NCBI GenBank assembly: GCA_030674475.1
Contig: JAUSCZ010000014.1
Coordinates: forward strand, 13,938 to 77,937
Source of the DNA: Candidatus Omnitrophota bacterium
Lineage (GTDB): Bacteria; Omnitrophota; Gorgyraeia; Gygaellales; UBA12090
Direction of reading: 5' to 3'
Length of the DNA stretch: 64,000 nt
The notes beneath the pieces were generated by a model. The model worked only from the letters and a program-made list of their open reading frames with translations. It searched no databases and was not told the DNA's origin. Shown in pieces: positions 18,819-29,336 of the stretch. Made by a program: the position numbers and the translations under genes. Numbering within the stretch: position 1 is the first letter of the stretch; every line of letters begins with the position of its first letter.

Positions 18819-20792
18819 GTGGCAAAATCATTAGTAATTGTGGAGTCACCGGCCAAGGCCAAGACTATTTCTAAGATATTAGGCAGTGGTTTTGAGGTTA
18901 TTCCTTCCATGGGCCATGTGGTGGATTTGCCCAAGACCAGGATGGGGGTGGATATTGAGAATAATTTCGCGCCTCATTTTATCGTGGCCGCCAAGCGTAA
19001 AAAGACCTTAAGTGAGATTAAGGCCGCGGCCAAAAAGGCGGATAAAATATATCTGGCTACTGACCCGGACCGGGAAGGCGAGGCGATTGCCTGGAATATC
19101 AAGGAGAAGCTAAGCCAGAATAAGAAATATTTCAGGGTGGTCTTTCATGAGATTACCCCTCAGGCTATAAAAGAGGCTTTTAAACATCCCGCGGATTTAA
19201 ACGTTCAGAAGGTAAATGCCCAGACCGCCCGAAGGGTTTTAGACCGCTTAGTGGGTTATCTATTGAGCCCGCTTCTTTGGCGTAAAATTGCCGGAGGTCT
19301 TTCCGCCGGACGGGTGCAGTCAGTCGCTCTTCGGCTGATTGTGGAGCGGGAAAGGGAGATTCTTAAGTTTATGGCTCAGGAATATTGGGAAATCACCGCC
19401 GAACTTAAGCATAAAGCAGGAACATTTTTGGCGAAGTTGGAGAAGATTGAGGACAAAAAGGCCGAGATTAAGAATGAGCAAGACGCCCAGAGGATAGCAG
19501 AGGACTTAAAAGGAAAACAGTTTGTGGTGGCTGATGTTCGAGAAACCGAGAAAAAGAAGAATCCTCTGCCTCCCTTTATCACCAGCACCTTACAGCAGGA
19601 CGCCTTTTATAAATTAAGGTTTTCCAGCGCCCGCACTATGCTGATAGCTCAACAACTTTATGAAGGAGTTGAACTGGGAAAAGAAGGAGCAGTGGGTTTA
19701 ATTACCTATATGCGCACCGATTCGGTGAATGTGGCCCAATCTGCCATTAAAGAGGTCCGCGGTTTCATTCAGGAAAAGTTCGGCCAGGATTATCTCCCTG
19801 AGTCTCCTAATCTTTATAAATCCAAAAAGCAGGCCCAGGAGGCCCACGAGGCCATCCGTCCGACTTCGGTTTCCCGTGCCCCGGAGTCGGTTAAGGAATC
19901 TCTGGCTACCGAGCAGTTTAAGTTATACACCTTGATTTATAACCGTTTTCTGGCCAGCCAGATGAAGCCGGCTATTTATAATGTTACCAGCATAGATATA
20001 CGCGCCGATAAGTATCTTTTCCGGGCCTCGGGCTCAAAGTTAATCTTTAAGGGATTTACTGCCGTCTATGAACTGCAGGAAGAAAAAGAGGAGAAAAACA
20101 CCCTGCCATCTTTAAAAAAAGAGGAGTTGTTGGAGTTGGTTAAGCTTCTTCCCTCCCAGCATTTTACCAAGCCGCCGCCGAGATTTTCCGAGGCTTCTTT
20201 GGTTAAGACCTTAGAGGAAGAAGGTATCGGCCGGCCCTCTACCTATGCCCCGACCATCCAGACCATAGTTTACCGGGATTATGTCCGCCGGCTTAAAGGG
20301 TATCTTCATCCCACGGAATTAGGGTGTAAGGTCAGTGACCTTTTGGTGGAGTATTTTGCCGAGGTAATAGATATCAAGTTTACCGCCGCTATGGAAAATG
20401 AGCTGGATGAGGTAGAAGAAGGCAACATAGAGTGGGTTAAGGTAATTAATGATTTTTACGCCCCCTTTAAAGTAAAGCTGGATTACGCCAATGAGGTTAT
20501 CCAGAAAGAGGTAATAACTACCGATGAAATTTGCGCCACCTGCGGCAAGCCGATGGTGGTTAAATGGTCAAGAAAGGGTAAGTTTTTGAGTTGTTCGGAT
20601 TTTCCTAATTGCCGCTATGCTAAATCCATAACCACTGGGATAAAATGTCCTCAGGAGGGTTGTTTGGGTGAGTTGATTGAGCGCCGGTCCCGCCGGGGAT
20701 TATTTTACGGTTGTACCAAGTATCCCAACTGTACCTATACCGCCAAGACTCTTCCCGAGGAAAAGACTGAGGAAGAAAAGCAGGAAAAATGA
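18819..20792 (+). CDS. topA: DNA topoisomerase I
   Basis: VESPAKAK, ATDPDREGE, SAGRVQS and ITYMRTDS motifs with C-terminal zinc ribbons. Confidence 0.98.
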   Translation: MAKSLVIVESPAKAKTISKILGSGFEVIPSMGHVVDLPKTRMGVDIENNFAPHFIVAAKRKKTLSEIKAAAKKADKIYLATDPDREGEAIAWNIKEKLSQNKKYFRVVFHEITPQAIKEAFKHPADLNVQKVNAQTARRVLDRLVGYLLSPLLWRKIAGGLSAGRVQSVALRLIVEREREILKFMAQEYWEITAELKHKAGTFLAKLEKIEDKKAEIKNEQDAQRIAEDLKGKQFVVADVRETEKKKNPLPPFITSTLQQDAFYKLRFSSARTMLIAQQLYEGVELGKEGAVGLITYMRTDSVNVAQSAIKEVRGFIQEKFGQDYLPESPNLYKSKKQAQEAHEAIRPTSVSRAPESVKESLATEQFKLYTLIYNRFLASQMKPAIYNVTSIDIRADKYLFRASGSKLIFKGFTAVYELQEEKEEKNTLPSLKKEELLELVKLLPSQHFTKPPPRFSEASLVKTLEEEGIGRPSTYAPTIQTIVYRDYVRRLKGYLHPTELGCKVSDLLVEYFAEVIDIKFTAAMENELDEVEEGNIEWVKVINDFYAPFKVKLDYANEVIQKEVITTDEICATCGKPMVVKWSRKGKFLSCSDFPNCRYAKSITTGIKCPQEGCLGELIERRSRRGLFYGCTKYPNCTYTAKTLPEEKTEEEKQEK

Positions 20793-21661
20793 TTTCGGAA
20801 ACAGATCGGCATATTGAAAAATACATTCGCTATCTGGAAATTGAAAAAAACGCCTCGGAACATACTATTTTGAATTATAAAAAAGACCTGGAAGAATTTA
20901 AGAAATTCCTGGGAGAGGCCCAAATAGAAAACGTCAGTTACCTTACTTTAAGGAAATTCTTAAGCACCTTAAAGGAAAGAAGCCTTAAGAGCCGTTCCAT
21001 ATCCCGAAAGCTTTCCTCTTTGAGGAGTTTTTTCAGATTTCTCAACCGCGAAGGCTTCTTAAAGAATGATCCCACTTCGGCCATATCCAGCCCGAAATTA
21101 GAAAAACATCTGCCGATTTTTCTCACTGAGGATGAAATAACCAGATTAGTGGAATCCCCGGACACCAAAGAGTTGTCGGGATTCAGGGATAGGGCAATTT
21201 TAGAAACCTTTTATTCTACCGGTATGCGGGTGAGCGAGCTGATAGGTTTGAATCAGGAGAATATTGATTTCTTCGGCGGAGTGACTAAGGTTATGGGTAA
21301 AGGCAAGAAAGAACGCCTGACGCCGATTGGGGACAGGGCTCTACAGGCTATCCGGGAGTATTTAGAGCGCCGCGATAACTCTCAGCCGGCGGTTTTCCTG
21401 AATAAGAATGGCCGCAGATTAACTGCCCGGGGAGTGCGCGTGATTCTAGATAAGTATGTGCGAATTCTGGCCTTGCGGGAAAACATCTCGCCGCATAGCT
21501 TGAGACATTCTTTTGCCACCCATCTTCTCAACCGGGGCGCGGACCTGCGCTCGGTCCAGGAGCTCTTGGGACATGCTAACCTTTCAACCACTCAAATTTA
21601 TACCCATCTGACCACCGACAGGTTAAAAAGCGTATACGATAAAGCCCATCCGCGGGCGTAG
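20789..21661 (+). CDS. xerC: Tyrosine recombinase XerC
   Basis: TGMRVSEL, GKGKKER, HSLRHSFATH and LLGHANLSTTQIYT; topA-linked context. Confidence 0.9.
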   Translation: MISETDRHIEKYIRYLEIEKNASEHTILNYKKDLEEFKKFLGEAQIENVSYLTLRKFLSTLKERSLKSRSISRKLSSLRSFFRFLNREGFLKNDPTSAISSPKLEKHLPIFLTEDEITRLVESPDTKELSGFRDRAILETFYSTGMRVSELIGLNQENIDFFGGVTKVMGKGKKERLTPIGDRALQAIREYLERRDNSQPAVFLNKNGRRLTARGVRVILDKYVRILALRENISPHSLRHSFATHLLNRGADLRSVQELLGHANLSTTQIYTHLTTDRLKSVYDKAHPRA

Positions 21662-21667
21662 AAAATA

Positions 21668-21713
21668 GTTATCAGCTTTCAGCTTTCAGCTGTCAGCCGA
21701 TAGCCGATAGCCG
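21668..21713. repeat. Inverted heptamer array (CTTTCAG then CCGATAG) abutting the waaA start codon
   Basis: Seen directly. Confidence 0.85.
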
Positions 21714-23003
21714 ATGTTCATCCTTTACGATTTTATTTTTATAATTTTTGTTTTACTGTATTTGCCGGGTTTTATTTTTAGAGGAAAATTTCACCCGGGG
21801 TTTTTGAACCGTTTGGGATTTTTTCCGAAAGATGTCCAAAATAGCTTAGCCGGAAAGCGTCCAATATGGCTGCATATGGTAAGCGTGGGAGAGGCACAGG
21901 CCTTAAGGATTCTTCTGGAGAAACTGCGCAAGGAGTATCCGGACAGAAAAATTGCTCTTTCTACGGTTACCCCGACCGGAAATAAAATTGCCAGGTCAAT
22001 AGCTGTTGAAGGCGATTTAGTCTTTTATCTTCCTTTGGATATAAGTTTTATCGTTAGATCCGTGGTGGATTTGATTAATCCCTGTCTTTTTGTTATTGCC
22101 GAGACCGAAATCTGGCCAAACTTAATAATGTATCTTACTACACGCGACATTCCGATAATCAGCGTAAACAGCCGGATATCCGATAAGTCTTTTAAAAGCT
22201 ATGCACTGATTAAATTCCTGCTCCAGGGTATCTTAAACAAAATAAGCTTTTTTTGCGTCCAAACCCAGACGGATTCCCAGCGCCTGTTGGCTTTAGGGGT
22301 TAATCCAGAGAAGATAAAGCTGACCGGGAATATGAAATTTGATAACGCGGATTTCGCGGAGAAAAAAAACAACGCAGATTCCGCGGATACAAGAAAACGT
22401 ATGCTCGCTTTAAAAGAAAAGGATACTCTTTGGGTGGCGGGAAGCACGCATCCGGGCGAAGAAGAAATCATCCTGGGAGTGTATAAAAACTTATTGCCGG
22501 AATTTCCTTTTTTAAAACTCCTTATCGCCCCTCGCCATCCTGAGCGGGCCAGGGAGATAGAAAAAGTAGTTCTTAATTATGGTTTTGATTCCGTATTTAT
22601 TTCCAAACTGCGACCATCGACTATTGACCATCGACCATCGACTATTTTTATTCTGGATACTATCGGCCAGCTTAAGGATTTTTACGCTGCCTCAGACATT
22701 GTTTTTATAGGCGGCAGCCTGATAAGAAAGGGCGGGCAGAATATTTTAGAACCGGCCCTCTTTTCCAAGCCGATTATCTTTGGGCCGTATATGTTTAACT
22801 TTCGGGATATCGCTGAACTTTTTCTTGTCTCAGGCGCCGCGGTCTTAGTAAAAGATAAAGAGGAATTGAGAGAAAAGATAAAAGATTTGTTGCTTCATCC
22901 GGAGTCTGCCTTAGAACTTGGCCGCCGGGCCAAGGAGTTATTACTGAAGAACCAAGGGGCCAGCGAAAGAAATATGGAAATTATAAAACAAGTTTTGGGT
23001 TAA
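21714..23003 (+). CDS. waaA: Kdo transferase
   Basis: WLHMVSVGE, ETEIWP, GNMKFD, GSTHPGEE, PRHPER and GGQNILEPA motifs. Confidence 0.96.
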   Translation: MFILYDFIFIIFVLLYLPGFIFRGKFHPGFLNRLGFFPKDVQNSLAGKRPIWLHMVSVGEAQALRILLEKLRKEYPDRKIALSTVTPTGNKIARSIAVEGDLVFYLPLDISFIVRSVVDLINPCLFVIAETEIWPNLIMYLTTRDIPIISVNSRISDKSFKSYALIKFLLQGILNKISFFCVQTQTDSQRLLALGVNPEKIKLTGNMKFDNADFAEKKNNADSADTRKRMLALKEKDTLWVAGSTHPGEEEIILGVYKNLLPEFPFLKLLIAPRHPERAREIEKVVLNYGFDSVFISKLRPSTIDHRPSTIFILDTIGQLKDFYAASDIVFIGGSLIRKGGQNILEPALFSKPIIFGPYMFNFRDIAELFLVSGAAVLVKDKEELREKIKDLLLHPESALELGRRAKELLLKNQGASERNMEIIKQVLG

Positions 23004-23008
23004 AATTG

Positions 23009-24034
23009 ATGAAGGATTTTTTTTTAGAGATTGCCCTGAATAGAAAAAAAGGGCTGGCCGCTTTTTTTTTAAGGCCGCTGTTATATCTTCTATCGCTTAT
23101 TTACGGGTTATTGGTCAAAGGGATTTGCTGGGTTTATAAACGCGGAATACTTCCTGGATATAGGCCTCAAGCTAAGGTAATCAGCGTGGGTAATATTACC
23201 CTGGGTGGAACCGGCAAGACCCCTTTGGTTGAATTCTTGGCTGAAGCCTTACTGCGTAAAGGCAAAAGGGTGGTTGTCTTAAGCCGGGGTTATAGCCTGG
23301 ATGAGCCGCGGATGTTAGAGAATAAAATAAAGGGCTTAAGGGTATTTACCGGAAGGGACAGGATAAAGACAGCCAAAGAAGCCCAGGATGCCCTTGATCC
23401 TGAGGTGATGATTCTGGATGACGGCTTTCAGCACTGGCGGCTAAAGAGGGATTTGGATATTGTTTTACTGAACAGCCGTAATTATTTCGGCAATAGAAGT
23501 CTTATCCCCAGGGGTATATTGAGAGAACCGCCTTCTTCTTTGGCCCGCGCGGATGTGATTGTAATTTCTAAGGTAGATTCTGTCAAGGATATATCCCTGA
23601 TAAAAAATGAATTGGGACAAATCAATCCCAGGGCCTTGATTGTGGAATGCGCGTATAAGCCGGAGTGTGTCACGGACGCCCAGGGAAAGGTGTATGCTTG
23701 GGGTATTATTGAGAATAAGAATATTTGTCTTTTAAGCGGTATCGCCGACCCGGATTATTTTAAGAAGACGGCCTCTGATTTAGGCGCGCGGATAGTCTCG
23801 GATCAGCGTTTTCCGGACCACCACCAATACCATAAAGGCGATATTGAAAAGATTGTTCGGGCCTGCCGAAAGAAGAATGTGGACACGATAGTAACTACCG
23901 AAAAAGATCTCACTCGCCTTCCCCTGAGTGAGTTTGCTTCGGATATAAAGATCCTTATTTTAAAGATAAAGTTGGTTATAACCCACAATGAAGAAAGCCT
24001 CTTTAATCGAGTATTTGGCTTATTGGCTGGTTAG
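23009..24034 (+). CDS. lpxK: Tetraacyldisaccharide 4'-kinase
   Basis: VGNITLGGTGKTP, SRGY, LDDGFQH, FPDHH and TTEKD motifs. Confidence 0.96.
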   Translation: MKDFFLEIALNRKKGLAAFFLRPLLYLLSLIYGLLVKGICWVYKRGILPGYRPQAKVISVGNITLGGTGKTPLVEFLAEALLRKGKRVVVLSRGYSLDEPRMLENKIKGLRVFTGRDRIKTAKEAQDALDPEVMILDDGFQHWRLKRDLDIVLLNSRNYFGNRSLIPRGILREPPSSLARADVIVISKVDSVKDISLIKNELGQINPRALIVECAYKPECVTDAQGKVYAWGIIENKNICLLSGIADPDYFKKTASDLGARIVSDQRFPDHHQYHKGDIEKIVRACRKKNVDTIVTTEKDLTRLPLSEFASDIKILILKIKLVITHNEESLFNRVFGLLAG

Positions 24035-25907
24035 GTTCTTCAGCTTAGTAGTGATTGCCTTGCCGCCCAAGGCTAATTTTATCCTGGGTAGAGCCCTGGG
24101 TGTCTCCGGCTATTATCTGCTTAAGAAAAAAAGAAACCTGGCGCTTAAGAATTTAAAGACTGTTTTCCGGGATGAGTTTGAATATTGGCAGATAGAGCGT
24201 CTCGCTAAGAAGGCGTTTATCAGCCTGGCCCTGAATATCATTGAAGCCTTATATATCCCTAAGATAGACTCTCGTTATATAAACAAGCATATCCGGATAG
24301 AAAACCTTAAATTTCTGGATGAGGCCTTAAAAAAAGGAAAAGGAGCCATTCTTTTGGCCTATCATTTAGGCAACTGGGAGTTGTCTAATATTACCTGTAG
24401 TCTGGAGGGGTATGAGTATAAGGTTATTGTGAATGAGCAAAGGTATCCGCTTTTAAATGAACTTTTAAACCGCTACCGCCAATCTAAAGGCTGTAAAATC
24501 ATTCCCCGGGGAATGGCCTTAAGGGAAATCATTAAGGCTTTAAAAAGTAATCAGGTGGTGGCGATGGCCGGAGACCAGGGTGGCAAGGAAGGTTATCTGA
24601 GTGAGATGTTTGGTTTGCCAATTTCCACGCCTAGCGGTTTTGTCAGGTTTGCCGCAAATACCCACTCCGCGGTAATCCCGGCTATTATTGTCAGAGAACG
24701 CAGGTTTTATCACCGGATTATCCTGGAGGCCCCGCTTGAGCTGGAGGGAAAAGATGAAACAGAGACCTTAGAAAATTGTTTGCGTAAGTCCAACGCGATC
24801 TTAGAGCGGTATATCCGCGAGTATCCCCAGGAATATTTCTGGTTTTATAAAATATGGAAATATTCGCCTTTCAGGAAGGTGATAGTTTTATCCGACGGCA
24901 AGGCCGGACATCTGAGGCAGATGGAAGCTTTACAGAAAATAGCTGATGGTTTAGGATTTAGGGTTTATAGCAAGATTGTAGAAATAAGGTTTAGAAACAG
25001 GTTGGCAAAAATCCTGGCTAATGTGTGCGCCGGGTTTGGCCTGGATATTTTTGAGCTGTGTATAAGCGAAGAATCTTATTTGGCTTTAAGGAGAGCGAGC
25101 GCGGATGTGGTTATTTCCTGCGGCGCGTCTTTGGCCGGGCTTAATTTGGCGATAGCCAGGGACAACCTGGCCCGTTCTGTCTGCGTGATGAATCCGGGCA
25201 TCGCGGGAAGAAGGAGATTTGATTTAGTGATTATGCCTAAGCACGATGGCTCGCGGCATCAGAAAAATACCGTAATTACTGATGGCGCCCTTAATTTAAT
25301 CGATCAGGATTATTTAAGTCAGCAAACCCAGGGCCTTCTTAAAGTGATTACTCCGGATAGAGCCTTGAAAAATTCTATCGGCGTATTAATCGGCGGGGAT
25401 ACCAAAAAATATAAATTAACCCAAAGATTAATCACGGTGGTTTCCTCCCAGATAAAAAAGGCGGCCTCGGACTTAGGGATGGATATATTGCTTACTACTT
25501 CCCGCAGGACGTCCGATAAGGCAGAGGAGATAATTAAAAAAGAATTTGGCGGCTTAAAGGAATGTCCGCTTCTGGTGATTGCCAGGGAAAAAAATATCCC
25601 GCAGGCAGTAGGAGGGATTCTGGGGTTATGCGAATGTGTGGTTGTCTCCGGCGAGAGTATTTCAATGGTCTCGGAGGCGGCGGCTTCCGGTAAGTATGTC
25701 CTGGTTTTCAGGCTTAAAGGCACTTATTTAGGTAAAGAGGGCAGGCACGAGCGATTTTTAAGAAATTTGGAGAGTGAGGGCTATATCCGGATAACCCAAC
25801 CTGAAAATATCGCGGATAAAATTAAAGAGCTTATCCGGGATAAACCACCGATAAAGAAATTGGATGACCGGGCCAAGGTTAAAGAAGCGATGAGGAAGCT
25901 GTTATGA
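23988..25907 (+). CDS. Lipid A late acyltransferase (LpxL family) fused to an ELM1-family domain
   Basis: HLGNWE, DQ and YPQEYFWFYKIWK, then LSDGKAGH, IGG, TTSRRT and ESISMVSEA. Confidence 0.85.
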   Translation: MKKASLIEYLAYWLVRFFSLVVIALPPKANFILGRALGVSGYYLLKKKRNLALKNLKTVFRDEFEYWQIERLAKKAFISLALNIIEALYIPKIDSRYINKHIRIENLKFLDEALKKGKGAILLAYHLGNWELSNITCSLEGYEYKVIVNEQRYPLLNELLNRYRQSKGCKIIPRGMALREIIKALKSNQVVAMAGDQGGKEGYLSEMFGLPISTPSGFVRFAANTHSAVIPAIIVRERRFYHRIILEAPLELEGKDETETLENCLRKSNAILERYIREYPQEYFWFYKIWKYSPFRKVIVLSDGKAGHLRQMEALQKIADGLGFRVYSKIVEIRFRNRLAKILANVCAGFGLDIFELCISEESYLALRRASADVVISCGASLAGLNLAIARDNLARSVCVMNPGIAGRRRFDLVIMPKHDGSRHQKNTVITDGALNLIDQDYLSQQTQGLLKVITPDRALKNSIGVLIGGDTKKYKLTQRLITVVSSQIKKAASDLGMDILLTTSRRTSDKAEEIIKKEFGGLKECPLLVIAREKNIPQAVGGILGLCECVVVSGESISMVSEAAASGKYVLVFRLKGTYLGKEGRHERFLRNLESEGYIRITQPENIADKIKELIRDKPPIKKLDDRAKVKEAMRKLL

Positions 25908-25908
25908 C

Positions 25909-25977
25909 AAGCTATCAGCTATCAGCTATCAGTAATCAGCTGAAAGCCGAAAGCTGAAAGCCGAAAGCTGAAAGCCG
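25909..25977. repeat. Inverted heptamer array (AGCTATC x3 then CTGAAAG/CCGAAAG x6) abutting an ATG
   Basis: Seen directly. Confidence 0.9.
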
Positions 25978-28065
25978 ATGAATATTCTGCAAATATTGCC
26001 TGAACTTAATTACGGCGGGGTGGAGACCGGAACGGTGGACTTGGCTAAGTACTTAGTCAAGGCTCAGCATAAGGCGGTAGTGGTTTCCGCCGGAGGAGAA
26101 TTAGTAGATAAGCTTAAATGCTTGGGCGCTGTTCATTATTCTCTGGCAGTTAATAAAAAATCCTTATTTTCAATTGTCCGGGCTTGTTTTGAGCTGGTAA
26201 AGATTATTCAAAGAGAAGATATCCGGGTAGTCCATGCCCGTTCCCGGGTTCCGGCCTGGAGCGCTTATTTTGCCGCTAAGCTAACCAATGTCCCTTTTAT
26301 TACCACTTGCCATGGTTATTATTCCCGGCATATTTTAAGCCGGGTGATGGGCTGGGGAAAATTAGTGATTGTGCCCAGTCAGATAATCGGAAGGCGCATG
26401 ATTGATGATTTCGCGGTATCCCCGGAGAGGATAAGGTTGATACCGCGCGGTGTGGATGCCGAAAATTTTACCTTTATCTTACCTGAGGAAAAAAGCCGCA
26501 CCGAGTTCGTGATTGCTTTTATCGCCAGGATTACTCCGATAAAGGGACATCTTTATTTTATCAAGGCAATCCAGCGGGTTTACCGCAGTATTCCTAATAT
26601 TAAGGTCTGGATTATCGGCACCGCCCCCAAATCCAAGTTTCATTATAAAGAGGACCTGGAGATTCTGGTCAAGCGTTTGGGATTGGCGCATATCGTTGAA
26701 TTTTTAGGCAAGAGAAACGATATCCCTCAGCTTTTTTCTAAAATCAATCTTTTGGTTATGGCCTCAACTACCCACGAGGCCTTTGGCCGGGTGATTGTCG
26801 AGGCTCAAATCTCCGGGGTTCCGGTAGTGGCTACCCGGGTAGGAGGGGTGGTAGACATTGTCGAGGATGGCGTGGATGGCCTCCTGTGCGTTCCTAAAGA
26901 TTCTGAAGGTATGGCTGAGGCAATTATCAGGATTTTAAGGGATAATGAGCTAAGCTCTCTATTAGCCAAAAACGGCCATCTTAAAGCGCTTTCAAAATTC
27001 AACTTAGAGAAGATGGCTAAAGACACCCTGGAGGTTTATCAGGAGGCAGTTGGTTTTAAAAGAATTCTGATAATAAAACTGAGCGCTTTGGGCGACCTTA
27101 TCCTTTCGATTCCGGCCTTGAAGGCGATACGTAAGAAATACCATTCTCCTCATAAGATAACCCTGCTTACCGGAAAGGCGATAGCCGCGGTAGTAAGTAA
27201 TTGTCCTTATCTGGATGAGGTAATGGTGTATGATTTTAATGAGAGCGATAAAGGCATCTTCAAGCTTTTTCACCTGGGTAAGGAATTAAGAAGAAAGAAT
27301 TTTGATATGGTCGTTGACCTGCAGAATAATCGCAAGAGCCATATCCTCTGCGCCCTTTCTTTAGCCTCGCTAAGATGCGGCTATCAAAATAAGAAGTTTA
27401 GCTTTTTGCTTAATCGTAAGGTCAAAGAAGATAAATTTATCCTGGGCCCCCTGGAACATCAGTTCCGGGTTTTAAATCTGTTGGATATTGAACTCAAAGA
27501 CAGAAAGATTGAACTTTGGCCTTCAAAAGAGGATGAGAGATATATTGATGATTTTTTAAATTCAGAATGGTTGAGCGGGAGTCAGATTTTGGTGGGGGTC
27601 CACCTTAGTTCTTCCCAGAAATGGCTTACCAAGCGCTGGCCGCTGGAATATGCCGCCCATTTGGTTGAAGAGCTGGCTTTAAGGGATATTCGCGTGGTTT
27701 TAACCGGAGAAAGAATGCCTCAAAATGAGTTGAGAGTTTTTAACGAGATGGCCAAGAAGTCTAAGCCGATTATCGCCTGCGGAAAAACCACCATCAATCA
27801 GCTGGCCTGCCTGATTAAACGTTGTAATGTATTTATCTCAGGCGATACCGCGCCTTTACATATTGCCTCCGGAATCGGCACGCCGGTAATCGCGCTATTC
27901 GGCCCGACTGACCCGCGCCGGCATATCTCCTCGGAGAAAGACGCGTTGATATTAAAAAAAGACTTAGAGTGTCAGCCCTGCTATAAGCCAAAATGCGTAT
28001 CCATAGAGTGCATGAAGAAGATAAGCGTGGATGAGGTCAAAGAGGCGGTATTAAAGCTATTATGA
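25978..28065 (+). CDS. GT4 glycosyltransferase fused to a GT9 heptosyltransferase
   Basis: GGVETGT and EAFGRVIVEA, then IKLSALGD, DLQ, SGDTAPLH and LFGPT. Confidence 0.9.
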   Translation: MNILQILPELNYGGVETGTVDLAKYLVKAQHKAVVVSAGGELVDKLKCLGAVHYSLAVNKKSLFSIVRACFELVKIIQREDIRVVHARSRVPAWSAYFAAKLTNVPFITTCHGYYSRHILSRVMGWGKLVIVPSQIIGRRMIDDFAVSPERIRLIPRGVDAENFTFILPEEKSRTEFVIAFIARITPIKGHLYFIKAIQRVYRSIPNIKVWIIGTAPKSKFHYKEDLEILVKRLGLAHIVEFLGKRNDIPQLFSKINLLVMASTTHEAFGRVIVEAQISGVPVVATRVGGVVDIVEDGVDGLLCVPKDSEGMAEAIIRILRDNELSSLLAKNGHLKALSKFNLEKMAKDTLEVYQEAVGFKRILIIKLSALGDLILSIPALKAIRKKYHSPHKITLLTGKAIAAVVSNCPYLDEVMVYDFNESDKGIFKLFHLGKELRRKNFDMVVDLQNNRKSHILCALSLASLRCGYQNKKFSFLLNRKVKEDKFILGPLEHQFRVLNLLDIELKDRKIELWPSKEDERYIDDFLNSEWLSGSQILVGVHLSSSQKWLTKRWPLEYAAHLVEELALRDIRVVLTGERMPQNELRVFNEMAKKSKPIIACGKTTINQLACLIKRCNVFISGDTAPLHIASGIGTPVIALFGPTDPRRHISSEKDALILKKDLECQPCYKPKCVSIECMKKISVDEVKEAVLKLL

Positions 28066-28080
28066 TAAGCGCTAAGAATA

Positions 28081-28220
28081 ACCAAACACCAAATCCCAAA
28101 TTACAAATAATAATCAATAATCAAATCCCAATAACCAAACCAAGATAGATTCTTCGTTTGGATGATTGGTTATTGATGTTTGGAATTTATTTGGTGCTTG
28201 TTATTTGGTTATTGGTGATT
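28081..28220. repeat. Inverted array of degenerate heptamers (AATAACC/AAATCCC then GGTTATT/TGGAATT)
   Basis: Seen directly; creates a false N-terminal extension of the next ORF. Confidence 0.8.
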
Positions 28221-28226
28221 CAGAAT

Positions 28227-29336
28227 ATGAATATTTTAATTCTGGCCAATCATTTTAATCCCGGAGGGATATCCAGCTATATCTTAAATTTGGCTCAAGG
28301 ATTGGCGGTGAAAGGACATCAGGTATCTGTCGGTTCCGCGGGCGGGGAGTGGGTGGAGAGGCTTAAGAAAAATAATATAGAACATATTAATCTGCCTTTA
28401 AAAACCAAATCCATAATCAGCCCTAAGCTTTTGTTTTCTTATTTTATTTTAAAGAAGGAGTTAAGGGATAAACGGATTGATATAATCCACAGCCAGACCC
28501 GGGTTACCAGCGTTTTGGCTTATTGGTTATCCCGAAAGACCCTGGTTCCTTTTATTTCTACCGCCCATGGTTTTTTTAAGCCGCGCTGGGTGAGGTTAAG
28601 ATTTCCCTGTTGGGGGGATTTGGTTATTGCTATCTCAGAGGCAGTCAAAGAGCATTTAATCGCGGATTTTAAGGTTATTCCGAATAAGATACGATTGGTG
28701 CATAATGGAATTAGCCTGAGCAGAGAACAGATAAACACCTGCCTGCCGGCAGGCAGGGATAACAGAGAACAGATAAGGAAAGGGCTTGGATTAAAAGAGG
28801 GGCCGGTGGTGGGAATTATTGCCCGGCTTTCTGAGGTAAAAGGACATATATATTTGATTCAGGCAATGAAGAAGGTTATCGAAGAAATCCCGGAGGCCCA
28901 ACTTTTGAGCGTGGGAGACGGAGCGATAAAAAAAGAATTAGAGAATCTCGCGCGCAGTTTGGGTGTCTTAGGGCGGATAAGTTTTGTTCCCGCGGTCGCG
29001 GACACCCGGGAGGCGCTCTCGGTAATGGATGTCTTTGTGATGCCCTCTTTGCAGGAAGGATTGGGTCTATCTATAATGGAGGCGATGCTTTCCGGACTGG
29101 CGGTAATCGCTTCTTCAGTCGGAGGCATACCGTCTTTGATTAAAGACGGACACACTGGGATATTAGTCGCGCCTAAAGACGCGGAGGCTTTAGCTCAGGC
29201 GATAATCAGCCTGTTGAGGGATAATAAAAAGGCATTCGAATTAGGCAAAAATGCCCGGGAATTGATTGTAAAAGAATTTTCTTTAGAGAGAATGGTTCAG
29301 GAGACAGAAGAGGTTTATCAACAATGCCTAAGGTAA
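28227..29336 (+). CDS. GT4 family glycosyltransferase containing an in-frame repeat insert (28721-28776)
   Basis: GGISSY, KGH, EGLGLSIMEAM and VGGIP motifs. Confidence 0.92.
   Translation: MNILILANHFNPGGISSYILNLAQGLAVKGHQVSVGSAGGEWVERLKKNNIEHINLPLKTKSIISPKLLFSYFILKKELRDKRIDIIHSQTRVTSVLAYWLSRKTLVPFISTAHGFFKPRWVRLRFPCWGDLVIAISEAVKEHLIADFKVIPNKIRLVHNGISLSREQINTCLPAGRDNREQIRKGLGLKEGPVVGIIARLSEVKGHIYLIQAMKKVIEEIPEAQLLSVGDGAIKKELENLARSLGVLGRISFVPAVADTREALSVMDVFVMPSLQEGLGLSIMEAMLSGLAVIASSVGGIPSLIKDGHTGILVAPKDAEALAQAIISLLRDNKKAFELGKNARELIVKEFSLERMVQETEEVYQQCLR

Noticed and set aside
20789-21661. Phage or integron integrase
   Set aside because: Size and dprA-topA context fit housekeeping XerC; no IntI-specific insertion or phage genes are seen.
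28158-28226. Hydrophobic N-terminal extension of the GT4 protein
   Set aside because: It is a translation of the heptamer array; the GT4 fold begins at ATG 28227.
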